Below are positions 19,127 to 28,152 of a DNA stretch of 55,222 nt, piece by piece (within the stretch, counting starts at the first letter, position 1; each line of letters starts with the position of its first letter). The notes below the pieces were generated by a model. It ran no database searches and had not been told where the DNA came from. It was given only the letters and a program-made list of their open reading frames with translations. A program made the position numbers and the translations under genes. The DNA is from a virus (taxonomy: Duplodnaviria > Heunggongvirae > Uroviricota > Caudoviricetes): IMG/VR virus record IMGVR_UViG_3300039452_000031; one strand, given 5' to 3'.

Positions 19127-20371
19127 CTAGAACTCGAATTCGGTTGGACCAACACCAGAGGTCGGCTTGGAGAATGCTGGTGTAGTGGCATTAACAACCT
19201 TCTGGCCCGTTACCTTCTGCCTGATCGGTAGTAGGTAGTAGAGTTCCTGCGGCTGACAGACTCGCACCTGACACGTCCAACCCAGCATCTGCCTGTTCCG
19301 TGTGTTCCACGGATCGACGTTCTGGACGACCAGCAACTTGCCTAGCTGTGACTCGGCAACGATATCCTGAGGTTGGAGATTCGGGATGTCAGGGGAGACG
19401 ACGATCTGGAACGGCTCAGTCTGTTCCAGAAGCGAAATGTCCGAACTCTTTGTCCTCTTCGGGAACTCGAAGTAGATTGGTTCAGGCGACAGCGAGGCTT
19501 GGATCTCAATATGAGTCAGAGGCTCTGAGGTCTCGACCACTATCGTATGAGGCCGGCCGTCGAAGAAGGCCAGTAGCGAGGTATAGCCGCCTACTGGTTG
19601 GCCATCGATATAAAATTTGGACAGGGTTGGTAGCCTATCGTTCCAAGTCCGGAAAACATCGATGGCTGTCGGCATCCTGGGAAGGGTGACCGTGCAGGTG
19701 TGGCTACCCGGTTCGAGACTAAACTTGGGCAGCATCAGGGCTGAGTTGGTAGTCAAGTCTGAGGGTACCAACACCTTACGGAAAGTTCGGAACGGCGAAT
19801 AGCCACCTATATATGAGGTACCGAAGCAGATCGGGCACGACACGTCAGAGATTCCGAAGGCCGAGGGGTCCAGCCCGTTTAGGAGCGCCTCAACGATATC
19901 CGGTGCAGATTGACCAGCATCCTCTACTGCCTCGTCAGGTGTCAAAACGTTATCGAATCTGAAGTCCTCACCTGCCTTAGACAGGTCACCTAACCATTGG
20001 TTACGAGCGTCGGTTGGTGATGTCGGATACGCAACTAGCTCATTCATGGTCTCCAGGTCATCCTCAGGAGTACCCGGCTTGTATTCCGAGATGCCGAACC
20101 GTTGCTCGCCAGTCAGAACACGGTTGATGGCACCCATTGGCGCCTTACCGTCTGGTGAGAGGCGAGAGACTTCAGCGTTCTTCGTCCTGCAGGTACAGAG
20201 CATACCCTGACCAAGCCGTGAATACAAGATGGCCGACACTCCTTGGGTACGGAAGGCAGCCATCATGCGTTGTTGCTGCATAGGCGCAATGGACTCGGTC
20301 ATGCGGTGTGCGACATCCGCAGCGCGAGCGTTCGCCGGTGTCAGCGGTGCTTTCCTGTCGATGATTGGCAT
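19127..20371 (-). CDS. Putative virion head-completion/neck protein with a Zn motif
   Basis: CTC...CPICFGTSYIGGY, a pattern seen in large-myovirus neck proteins; structural-block context. Function is inference. Confidence 0.5.
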   Translation of the reverse strand: MPIIDRKAPLTPANARAADVAHRMTESIAPMQQQRMMAAFRTQGVSAILYSRLGQGMLCTCRTKNAEVSRLSPDGKAPMGAINRVLTGEQRFGISEYKPGTPEDDLETMNELVAYPTSPTDARNQWLGDLSKAGEDFRFDNVLTPDEAVEDAGQSAPDIVEALLNGLDPSAFGISDVSCPICFGTSYIGGYSPFRTFRKVLVPSDLTTNSALMLPKFSLEPGSHTCTVTLPRMPTAIDVFRTWNDRLPTLSKFYIDGQPVGGYTSLLAFFDGRPHTIVVETSEPLTHIEIQASLSPEPIYFEFPKRTKSSDISLLEQTEPFQIVVSPDIPNLQPQDIVAESQLGKLLVVQNVDPWNTRNRQMLGWTCQVRVCQPQELYYLLPIRQKVTGQKVVNATTPAFSKPTSGVGPTEFEF

Positions 20372-20379
20372 GATGCTTC

Positions 20380-21006
20380 CTACACGGTAACTACGTAAAC
20401 GCTTAGGGATTTGGCGTTGCCTTCTACCGAACGTCTGAGTTTCAAGTCACCCAAGGATACAAGTTCACCTGCCCTCTCAACTACAGGCCATACTGTCCCA
20501 CTAGGTGAGGTTTTGAACCCATGGATCTTGACTTTGTGCAGAACATCTTTGAAGTTTTCCCTAGTCTTGACGGACAGATAGCCGCCGTACTTCTTGATCA
20601 GCTTGGACCACAGTAATGAGGATCCCGGCGAGAGTTCCACCGAAGACGACAGTGATCCAAAGGTCTTCAGTAAGTATTCGTAAAGTGTGAAGCCAATGCC
20701 TTGTCCCTGATATTTGGGATTCACCATGGCCAATGAGATACTTTTGATACCTGGCACATACGAGAAGCCTAGGGTGACATTGGCTACAATCTTTCTTGCT
20801 TTCATGTCAAGTAGTAGATAGCCATGCCTGCGCAGGTGGTACAAGGGGTAGCCCATCAGCAAGGCCTTTGGTTTCAGCCCCTTGATGCCGTCAAACACCT
20901 CATCAAGCTCACGCTGGTCATCGTAGTTCGCCCATTTCCACATTCTTGTCTTGTTGAAGCGGTTGGCCTCGAAAGCCTCCAGGCGTTCGCGTGCTAGGAT
21001 TTTCAT
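20380..21006 (-). CDS. GNAT-family acetyltransferase with MKILARERLEA N-terminus
   Basis: Acetyl-CoA motif A VNPKYQGQGIGFTLY; downstream S..S..LW.KL motif B. Confidence 0.8.
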   Translation of the reverse strand: MKILARERLEAFEANRFNKTRMWKWANYDDQRELDEVFDGIKGLKPKALLMGYPLYHLRRHGYLLLDMKARKIVANVTLGFSYVPGIKSISLAMVNPKYQGQGIGFTLYEYLLKTFGSLSSSVELSPGSSLLWSKLIKKYGGYLSVKTRENFKDVLHKVKIHGFKTSPSGTVWPVVERAGELVSLGDLKLRRSVEGNAKSLSVYVVTV

Positions 21007-21009
21007 GGT

Positions 21010-22629
21010 TCAAGAGTCCGACATAAGCAACTTCTCCAGCGCAACTGGGGGTCTAAATCCCCACCTACTCCAAAGATCAAGCTGAAGAGAGCTATCAATA
21101 TACGAAAGTGCTGCCGTGGCCCCTGTCACCTTTTCGGTCTCAGTACCAACGCCTCGCTTGTGATTCAGAAGCTTACCGACCTGCTCGGTCATGTCCTTCC
21201 AACGCTGCAGGGCTTCCTTTTCCGTAGAGGGTGGGCGGCGCCCAGAGTCCTTCTCCATAAGTTGGCGGAACAGAGTGGTACCACGGCACGTCCTCAGTTT
21301 GTGGACGGTCACTTCAGCAGGTGCACCGAAGGCATGGAAAGCCTTGTTAACGTCCGATGGTGAAACCTTGATCAGACGGTTGCCCTGTTTATAGGTGTAG
21401 AGCGGCATCGAGGGCGTCTTGCCGGCCCGAAGTTGGTGGAGGGCCTTGATCAGCAATGCCTGCTCAGGGCCATTGGAGGCCTTGATGATATGCTTGGTCG
21501 GGATCGAGTCCTTGCCGATATAGGCGAGGTTGATACCCTGCTGGGTCTCGCTTGAATTCTTGACCAACAGTGTACCTGCGCCACGACCAGGGGCAGAACC
21601 AATACGAGCTGCGAAAGTGTAGAGGATCTCCAACACCACGGCGCAGACACTCATCTTGTCCTCGATGTTGAACTTCTTGAGCTTCTGTAGCCAGCCGGCT
21701 CGAATCTCAGGTAGCTTCTGCATCAGGTCCGCAACGTGTTGGTACTTGGAGCTCGATTGATCACGCCGGAAGTTTGTGGTGTAGGCGTAGGCATAGGTTC
21801 CATCGGGTTTGACGGCTTTAAAGACCCACTTGGCTTCAGGGTCGCGACCGTCATTCATTTGGACCTCAACGTAGGTCGACAGATTCGGTACACCGGCGAT
21901 CAGTTCACCACCCTTCGTGTACCACTTGCCCTGGTCATCGATTAGACCTTGGAAGCCTGGCACCATGGAGTGGGTGAAGCCTTGGGCAACCATGTACTTG
22001 TAGACCGTCTGGTAGTCTACTTTGTCCTTGCCCGAGGCACGAACGTAGTTCGCTAAGGTGGCCTTGAATTCCGCATTGTGGGCCTTTCTCAGATCCACAT
22101 ACTTGCCGTATTCCTTGGGATTCGTCTCCTTCAGAAGCTTCGACTCGTCAAGCGTAAGGTGGGTGCCGTCACGACCCACCAGCCCCTTGACCACCTTGCG
22201 AAGTGCATTATTGTCTGCCTTCGGAATCTCGGGAAGGAAGACCTGAGCAAGCTCAGGTGAGCCGAACACACCGGCGTTCTTCTTCACGTAGTTGAGGGCC
22301 GTATCTGAGTCCGTGACAAGGTAGGATGCCAAGGCCTTGAGCATTGTCAACTCAGGCGTCGTGAACTTGGCATTGGCTCGGAAGTCTGCGAACGAGGCTC
22401 GAAGCTCTTGGCCAACGTCATACAAGGCAGACATTTTGTCCCCGCCCTTGACCGCCGTAGATATAGCCTCGCCAAGGCTCGGAACGTCCTTCCACTGAAG
22501 AACGGTCTTCACATACGGACGGAGCTCCGGCCGCATGGGCTTCTTAGGGTTCTCAATGTAGTCCGCAACCAAGGCGCCGAGGATCTGAAGCAGGTTGGTC
22601 AGTTGGCTGGCTGTCAATAGGGTTAGCAT
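21010..22629 (-). CDS. DNA topoisomerase IB with a long N-terminal extension
   Basis: Catalytic pentad in the correct order: AARIG (R), GKD (K), HKLRT (R), LNH (H), SYID (Y). Confidence 0.85.
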   Translation of the reverse strand: MLTLLTASQLTNLLQILGALVADYIENPKKPMRPELRPYVKTVLQWKDVPSLGEAISTAVKGGDKMSALYDVGQELRASFADFRANAKFTTPELTMLKALASYLVTDSDTALNYVKKNAGVFGSPELAQVFLPEIPKADNNALRKVVKGLVGRDGTHLTLDESKLLKETNPKEYGKYVDLRKAHNAEFKATLANYVRASGKDKVDYQTVYKYMVAQGFTHSMVPGFQGLIDDQGKWYTKGGELIAGVPNLSTYVEVQMNDGRDPEAKWVFKAVKPDGTYAYAYTTNFRRDQSSSKYQHVADLMQKLPEIRAGWLQKLKKFNIEDKMSVCAVVLEILYTFAARIGSAPGRGAGTLLVKNSSETQQGINLAYIGKDSIPTKHIIKASNGPEQALLIKALHQLRAGKTPSMPLYTYKQGNRLIKVSPSDVNKAFHAFGAPAEVTVHKLRTCRGTTLFRQLMEKDSGRRPPSTEKEALQRWKDMTEQVGKLLNHKRGVGTETEKVTGATAALSYIDSSLQLDLWSRWGFRPPVALEKLLMSDS

Positions 22630-22662
22630 TTTTGGTCCTCACGAATGCTATTAAATTGAGGC

Positions 22663-22695
22663 CAAAATGAAAAGAGGCGACCCGAAAGCCGCCTC
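22663..22695 (-). terminator. Rho-independent terminator ending the deazaguanine/thyX operon
   Basis: Minus strand reads GAGGCGGCU-UUCG-GGUCGCCUC followed by UUUUCAUUUU. Confidence 0.85.
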
Positions 22696-22715
22696 TTCTT
22701 ACCTATGCGCCCATT

Positions 22716-22934
22716 CTAGAGACTCATTGATTCCGCTGCCTGTCGGGTGAGAAACAGTGCCTGCTTATCGCAGGAGAAGGTTCCGATCTCCTTGTCGTCG
22801 TCGAACAATTTGCCAACCACACGACCATCGGCCTGAACCTTGGTGACCAGAGCTTTGCAAATCATCGGCTTGCCGTCGACTTGTAATGGCGAGGCCTTCC
22901 AGTACGTTATGCCTACCTTTGGATCGGATACCAT
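22716..22934 (-). CDS. Small hypothetical protein (SH3-like beta barrel possible)
   Basis: AAGGA upstream of the ATG; last gene before the terminator. Confidence 0.65.
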   Translation of the reverse strand: MVSDPKVGITYWKASPLQVDGKPMICKALVTKVQADGRVVGKLFDDDKEIGTFSCDKQALFLTRQAAESMSL

Positions 22935-22943
22935 GCTCGTCCT

Positions 22944-24371
22944 TTACGTCGCAGACTTCTCAACGATGTCCTGCTTGGCCCTCTTAAAGGAAGGCCGCAG
23001 AGAGTTCTCAAGATCCAGATTGTCAGTCTTGATGTTGGCCGCCACCAATGTGGACAACCAGCTGTACTTGGAGTCGAACAGGGAGTCCTCAATCTGTTCC
23101 CAGGTACGGGTCGCGAACTTGCGGACCGTAGCATGCACCGTCTCACCGCTGCGAAGCTCGCAGAAATATAGCCAGTCACCGAGGGAGCCGTGCATACGGA
23201 AGCGGACCTTCATACCCATTGGATACGCGTACTGGCGTTCGTGTTCGAAGACCGGGGAACGATCAACGGCAGTGATCAGGTTCTCGATTCGGGTCAGCAG
23301 GAGTCGGTCATTATCGGTCTTCAAGGCGCCTAGGAAATCCAGAGCCTCAATGTACCAAGGTTCGAACACGTCAGTAAGACTTTGGGCCCTGAAGTTGTCG
23401 AAGCCCTTGATGATCGGGCTCCCCACATGAAGGGTGCGATGACGCTGCACATCACGGAATGAACGATAGTCCATCGTCACGTCCGCGTAGAAATGCGCCG
23501 CGTCGTGAAGGACCGGAGGGAGGCGTGCGTACTTGGGCCGCTCAGGCAACGTAGGTCCGGTCCACAGCGTTGTAGGTGCGGTGATGACGGACGTCATCGG
23601 AACAGGCGTAGTGTGAGGTGGTAGATACTGGTCGTAGTTCGCCAGACCATGAACACGGTTGTACTCAACTTCCTCGCAATCTCGCAGACCTTCCTGATAG
23701 ACACTAGGATAGTGAATGCGAACCTGCTCTTGGATTGCGGCCGCCAGCTCACGGACCTCGAACAGGGGATGAGCGAACAGCCGCTTGAGTTCCCGATTGA
23801 CGGTCGCAAGCGAAGTCGTCCAGCTCAAGTTGGTCAACACACCGCAGGGAAGGAATGCGCCAGCGATGTCGAAAGCCTTAGCCTTGCAGGCTTTGAGAAA
23901 CAGAGGATCGTAGTCGTCAGAGCCTTCAGTGATGCGGGAGGGCATTGTCGGACCATACTTCTCGATCAGGCCGTTGTAGACCTTGTTAGACACAATGGCG
24001 TAGACATCAAGCCATTCGTCAATGTTGTTCTTTAGTTGGTGTGGAACATTCTTGTACGCACCGGAGGCCTTGAAGTCAATGTAGCGGGTACTCGATTCCT
24101 GACCGTTGTACAAGGCATTGTGTTGAATGGCTTTAGCGGCCAGAATCGACACGTCCTCAAGGAAGAAGGTCGTGAAGCCGCACTGCCCAATGGAATCATG
24201 ACCGTAGCCAACGTAGAAGGACTTGAGCTTGGCCTTGATGGCCTCCGTGTCCAGTGTGGTCTCTGCCAAGCGGTCTTCAATACCTCGCTTCGAACGCGAG
24301 TAGAAGGCCTGCATCATTGCCAGCGATTCAGGATCAGCCAGAAGCTCTGGCGGTGCGGTAACGACTTTCAT
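22944..24371 (-). CDS. thyX: FAD-dependent thymidylate synthase, tandem-domain ThyX type
   Basis: GHDSIG, QESSTRY, FRDVQRHR and FCELRS motifs in a 475 aa two-domain arrangement. Confidence 0.85.
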   Translation of the reverse strand: MKVVTAPPELLADPESLAMMQAFYSRSKRGIEDRLAETTLDTEAIKAKLKSFYVGYGHDSIGQCGFTTFFLEDVSILAAKAIQHNALYNGQESSTRYIDFKASGAYKNVPHQLKNNIDEWLDVYAIVSNKVYNGLIEKYGPTMPSRITEGSDDYDPLFLKACKAKAFDIAGAFLPCGVLTNLSWTTSLATVNRELKRLFAHPLFEVRELAAAIQEQVRIHYPSVYQEGLRDCEEVEYNRVHGLANYDQYLPPHTTPVPMTSVITAPTTLWTGPTLPERPKYARLPPVLHDAAHFYADVTMDYRSFRDVQRHRTLHVGSPIIKGFDNFRAQSLTDVFEPWYIEALDFLGALKTDNDRLLLTRIENLITAVDRSPVFEHERQYAYPMGMKVRFRMHGSLGDWLYFCELRSGETVHATVRKFATRTWEQIEDSLFDSKYSWLSTLVAANIKTDNLDLENSLRPSFKRAKQDIVEKSAT

Positions 24372-25072
24372 TTCTTATCCTTGTTAGGTGTGGGACGGAG
24401 GTATTCCAATTCCGCGAGAACCGCCTCATGCTGTCGAAGGTAACGACCCTCGCTATGAGAAGAGGTATAACCTGGAGCAGCGTGCAGAGAAATAGTAGCC
24501 TTGGTACTGCCCGCTTTTTCGATGGACAGGATACCATTAGGCTGCTGGTTATACTGAAAGTCCGAAGGAAGCTTGGGGAGACGGTCAAGGGAGGCCTGAG
24601 TAAACCTCAGGTAATCTTTTGTCGTCAGCTCCCGGAAGGCCATGTTAGAGTCGGTCTCCCTGACCTCGACCTTGGTACAGATTACTCGGTCAGCGTAGCC
24701 GTTGATAGAGAGCCAACCGTCGTTGAGGTGCTCAAAGATGAAATCAGCCAGACCCTCACAGCCGGTACGTTCGACCTCTGTAATCTTAGCGACCTTGCGG
24801 CGGCCTAGTTCTCGGAGTAATTCGATCTCCGGGTCATCGACGGCAACAAGTGTTGTGTGGTCGAACCAGTCTTCCAGCTGACCTTTGAGACCTCTAAGGC
24901 CTCCGAAATCAACTGCCCAATTTCGAGCGTCAAGTTCTAAGCATCCGAATTCAAGGTGGATCGTCAGCGCATACCCGTGGAGAATCCTGCAGTGCGAGTC
25001 GGCCTTCCACTGGCGATAGGCAACTGGGAAAGCCTGATGCCAGGTCTTTGTTGACTTGAATGGGAATTCCAT
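24368..25072 (-). CDS. queD: 6-carboxytetrahydropterin synthase QueD with a C-terminal extension
   Basis: HCRILHGY, VDFGGL, DHTTL, GCEGLA and VEVRET motifs. Confidence 0.92.
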   Translation of the reverse strand: MEFPFKSTKTWHQAFPVAYRQWKADSHCRILHGYALTIHLEFGCLELDARNWAVDFGGLRGLKGQLEDWFDHTTLVAVDDPEIELLRELGRRKVAKITEVERTGCEGLADFIFEHLNDGWLSINGYADRVICTKVEVRETDSNMAFRELTTKDYLRFTQASLDRLPKLPSDFQYNQQPNGILSIEKAGSTKATISLHAAPGYTSSHSEGRYLRQHEAVLAELEYLRPTPNKDKK

Positions 25073-25584
25073 TAGCTGGTCTCTGTATAAGAGTTTTGCA
25101 GGTCTCTACTAACTTGGTCGACAACTACCAAATACATAGGGTTTACGTAGCATGCCTCCCACTTGAAGACCTTGAATTCGAAAGAACTATCGCCTTCAGC
25201 GATTCGTGCGGCTTCCAATCTTCTGTAAACCTCGTCAGCTTTATCCTTCAAGGCAGTTTCGAGAATAATTTCGGACTCTACTTGACACTCAAGACATCCA
25301 ATCTTGACAACCAAGTATCCGGTGCGGTAGAGAATGTCAGTCACGGGAATGACAGGCTTTAGTGTGACGTCCAAATGCAGTGCGTCCGAATCAACGCGCC
25401 CCTCATCGGAGGCCACAATCTTGTGGGAAGGGCTGTTCAGCGGAACCAGATCCGCAATTCCTCGAACTATAGTCATCGACCCCATAAGTTCAGGCGCCAC
25501 TTTGGTTCGTGAACGAGACAAGGCTTCAGCCTCATCACTAAGAGGATGCTGACCTTCAAAGTCATAAGGTCTAGCCTTGTCCAT
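25072..25584 (-). CDS. Hypothetical protein (170 aa) inside the modification operon
   Basis: ATG at 25584, 2 nt after the upstream stop; its TAA overlaps the queD ATG. Confidence 0.6.
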   Translation of the reverse strand: MDKARPYDFEGQHPLSDEAEALSRSRTKVAPELMGSMTIVRGIADLVPLNSPSHKIVASDEGRVDSDALHLDVTLKPVIPVTDILYRTGYLVVKIGCLECQVESEIILETALKDKADEVYRRLEAARIAEGDSSFEFKVFKWEACYVNPMYLVVVDQVSRDLQNSYTETS

Positions 25585-25586
25585 GA

Positions 25587-26258
25587 TCAGGCCTCTTGAG
25601 ACTTGTTGAAGTCCATAGCCGCTTGTTGCCCTTGATCGCTTCCACAATCTTCTTCGACAGCGAACGGAGGGGCACCGAAGAGAAGGGTCTTGATGGCGCC
25701 CTCAGGTGCAACGTAACGGCTCATATCCTTGAGGAACTTGCCGTTCTCGTCGTGCTTAGGCACACCGTCTGCAGAGAGCTTCGTGAAGTTGGAGGCCATA
25801 ACCACTTCCAGCACGTCCTCGACGTTGATGCCGAACTTCATGGCCTCGCTGCGAATGTAGACCACCATGTCCGAGAACCAGTCGGCCAGGTCAACCAACA
25901 CGTCCTTCTTGGCTTCCTCAGGGTTGGAGAGCACCAGTGAGTGGAAGGCTGCCAGCTTCTCATCCTCAGGCTTTCCATGACGGCAAAGTTCTCCAAGTTC
26001 AACCGCTTCGAGCTTGGACAGAATTTCCTTGCCCTCGTCCATCTCGTCTGACAACGTCCGTAGGAAACCCTTGACGCGCGCAGAGGCCGACTCTTGCAAA
26101 CCGTTGGGCTTCTTTAGTGCGTCAAGCGTGGGCTCTGTGTTGACCGGCAGCTTGTACATGGTATTCATGAACTTGATGTTGCCGACAAAGCTGCGCCCTT
26201 GAACGTCATGGCGATTCAGAAGCTCTTCGAACTGTTCTTGGGTAAGCTGGTTGTACAT
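25587..26258 (-). CDS. MazG-like (PRA-PH/dUTPase-type) nucleotide pyrophosphohydrolase
   Basis: LSDEMDEG, DLADWFSDMVVY and VMASNFTKL..DG.P..DENGKFLK motifs. Confidence 0.85.
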   Translation of the reverse strand: MYNQLTQEQFEELLNRHDVQGRSFVGNIKFMNTMYKLPVNTEPTLDALKKPNGLQESASARVKGFLRTLSDEMDEGKEILSKLEAVELGELCRHGKPEDEKLAAFHSLVLSNPEEAKKDVLVDLADWFSDMVVYIRSEAMKFGINVEDVLEVVMASNFTKLSADGVPKHDENGKFLKDMSRYVAPEGAIKTLLFGAPPFAVEEDCGSDQGQQAAMDFNKSQEA

Positions 26259-26260
26259 GG

Positions 26261-26956
26261 TTAACCTTTGGCGAGTGAGAGGAATTCAGCCCGAACCGGG
26301 CCGTCTAGGAAGATGCCTCCGAGCTTGGAGGTCACAGTTGAGGATCCGACATCCTTGATGCCCCTGGACTTCACGCAGAAGTGCTCGGCGTTTACCAAGA
26401 CTGCTACATCATCAGTTCCCAGGATGTAAGACAAGGCATGGTAAATCTGAAGCGTGAGCCGTTCCTGGATGGCCGGTCGCTTGCAGAAGAATTCGACAAT
26501 GCGGTTGATCTTAGACAACCCAAGGACCTTATCTTTGGGGATGTAGGCTACACAAGCCTTGCCGCTGATGGTTATCAGATGATGTTCGCAGGATGACTGG
26601 ACATTGATGTCCTTTTCGACAACCATCTCATCCACATGAAACTTGTTCTCAACAACCGTAGCCTTTGGGAACAGGTCGTAGTCAAGGCCATAGAAAATCT
26701 CATCGACGTACATTTTGGCAACCCGCTTAGGAGTCTCAGCCAAGCTGTCGTCCCCAAGATCAAGGCACAGAGCTTGCATGATGCCCCTTACATGGCGCTC
26801 AATAGCAGCCCTTTGCTCCTGCTTGTCGAATACGTCTCGTCCGTAGTTTGAGTTGTACGCCCTATACGGAGAAACAGTGGTCATGGGTGTCTCCACCCCA
26901 ACCTTCACAAGGTGCTGATGGACCTCGTACCCTAGAGTTGGATCACACTTACTCAT
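26261..26956 (-). CDS. folE: GTP cyclohydrolase I
   Basis: TPKRVAKMY, SSCEHHL, GLSKINRIV, RPAIQERLT and HFCVKSRG motifs. Confidence 0.97.
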   Translation of the reverse strand: MSKCDPTLGYEVHQHLVKVGVETPMTTVSPYRAYNSNYGRDVFDKQEQRAAIERHVRGIMQALCLDLGDDSLAETPKRVAKMYVDEIFYGLDYDLFPKATVVENKFHVDEMVVEKDINVQSSCEHHLITISGKACVAYIPKDKVLGLSKINRIVEFFCKRPAIQERLTLQIYHALSYILGTDDVAVLVNAEHFCVKSRGIKDVGSSTVTSKLGGIFLDGPVRAEFLSLAKG

Positions 26957-26965
26957 CTTCTTCCT

Positions 26966-27775
26966 TCACGCGATGGCCGCGAACAGGTGTTGTTGGATCG
27001 AAAGCTTCAGTCCCGGATTTTCAAGTACGTACTGGGCGGCATAACTGTAGTTGGCAGCCGTAGCCTCTGCGTTGATCAGCTCATGGTCCCAGGCGGATGA
27101 GACCTCGCCTTGATAGGCCTTCTTGTAGACAGCCATCGGCGATACGTAGACGGTCACGTTATTCTCGGAGGCCCAGTGAAGGGCCTCCGAGGGAAGTGTG
27201 TGGTACACAGACTCAGGATCAGCGGAGATCAAAAACTTCAGGTACAGATCCTCGATACCCATGTCCTCGAAGATTGCGAACGGTAGCGTGGGGTACTTCT
27301 TGGTCCGCTCGTTGGCCTTCGGAGAGACCACGATTGTGGGGTAAATGTCCCCACGATCGGACAGTGCAGAGAAGAACTTGGCCTGCGTACCATTGGTTTC
27401 AATCTGAGTGTGGATATCGTATTTGTGCTCCAACTCGATGATTAGGCTCAAGAGTGCGTCAGCTTGCAAGGTTGGTTCACCACCAGTGACGACAACGATG
27501 TCCCCTGCTTTGTACAGACCCCGCACATGCGCTGCGAGTTCCGAGACATCGAACTTGGTTGCCTTGTCGATTGCGAAAAAAGAATCACAAAATTCACAAA
27601 TACCATTCGACTTGGCGCCCCAGTTGCAACCTGCCAAGCGGATAAAGATCGCAGACTGCCCTGCGAACGGACCTTCGCCTTGGATGGTTCGGAAGATCGT
27701 AGTCACGTGGAGAACACTCGCGTCGGTAAACTCCGAAGCCTTGACCACACGGTCAGCGTTTTGAATGACTATCAT
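26966..27775 (-). CDS. queE: 7-carboxy-7-deazaguanine synthase (radical SAM)
   Basis: IFRTIQGEG, RLAGC-x9-CEFCDS, VTGGEP, IETNG, VSPK and SIQQH motifs. Confidence 0.95.
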   Translation of the reverse strand: MIVIQNADRVVKASEFTDASVLHVTTIFRTIQGEGPFAGQSAIFIRLAGCNWGAKSNGICEFCDSFFAIDKATKFDVSELAAHVRGLYKAGDIVVVTGGEPTLQADALLSLIIELEHKYDIHTQIETNGTQAKFFSALSDRGDIYPTIVVSPKANERTKKYPTLPFAIFEDMGIEDLYLKFLISADPESVYHTLPSEALHWASENNVTVYVSPMAVYKKAYQGEVSSAWDHELINAEATAANYSYAAQYVLENPGLKLSIQQHLFAAIA

Positions 27776-28152
27776 TTCTTGGCTTTCATAGACGAGACCT
27801 TGGAAGGCCCGGTGGTACCGATTCGGGTCACCTTGCGCTTCGCCTCGTCAAAGTAGATATAGGCTGGGAAGAAACCGCTCTTCTCTAGCACTGCTTCTCT
27901 ACCATTTAAAGTTTTGGGTTTGATAACCGTCGTCTCCTCAGGCACCTTCAACTTCTTAGGGTAGTAGATGCCGTCGATCATGGCCCCGTCGACGACCTTC
28001 AGTCCGATGCGAATCAGGTTGTAGGGCAGATCGTAGACCAGAGCATTTGAGGGACACTTGGCTTCAAACCATGCCTCGATGGTTCGATATGCACCCTCAG
28101 GGCAGGAGAAGATGACGCCCCCTACGTTCTTGCGCGTGAATGTCTTGTTCAT
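27772..28152 (-). CDS. Hypothetical protein (126 aa) between dpdA and queE
   Basis: ATGA overlaps at both ends. Confidence 0.7.
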   Translation of the reverse strand: MNKTFTRKNVGGVIFSCPEGAYRTIEAWFEAKCPSNALVYDLPYNLIRIGLKVVDGAMIDGIYYPKKLKVPEETTVIKPKTLNGREAVLEKSGFFPAYIYFDEAKRKVTRIGTTGPSKVSSMKAKK

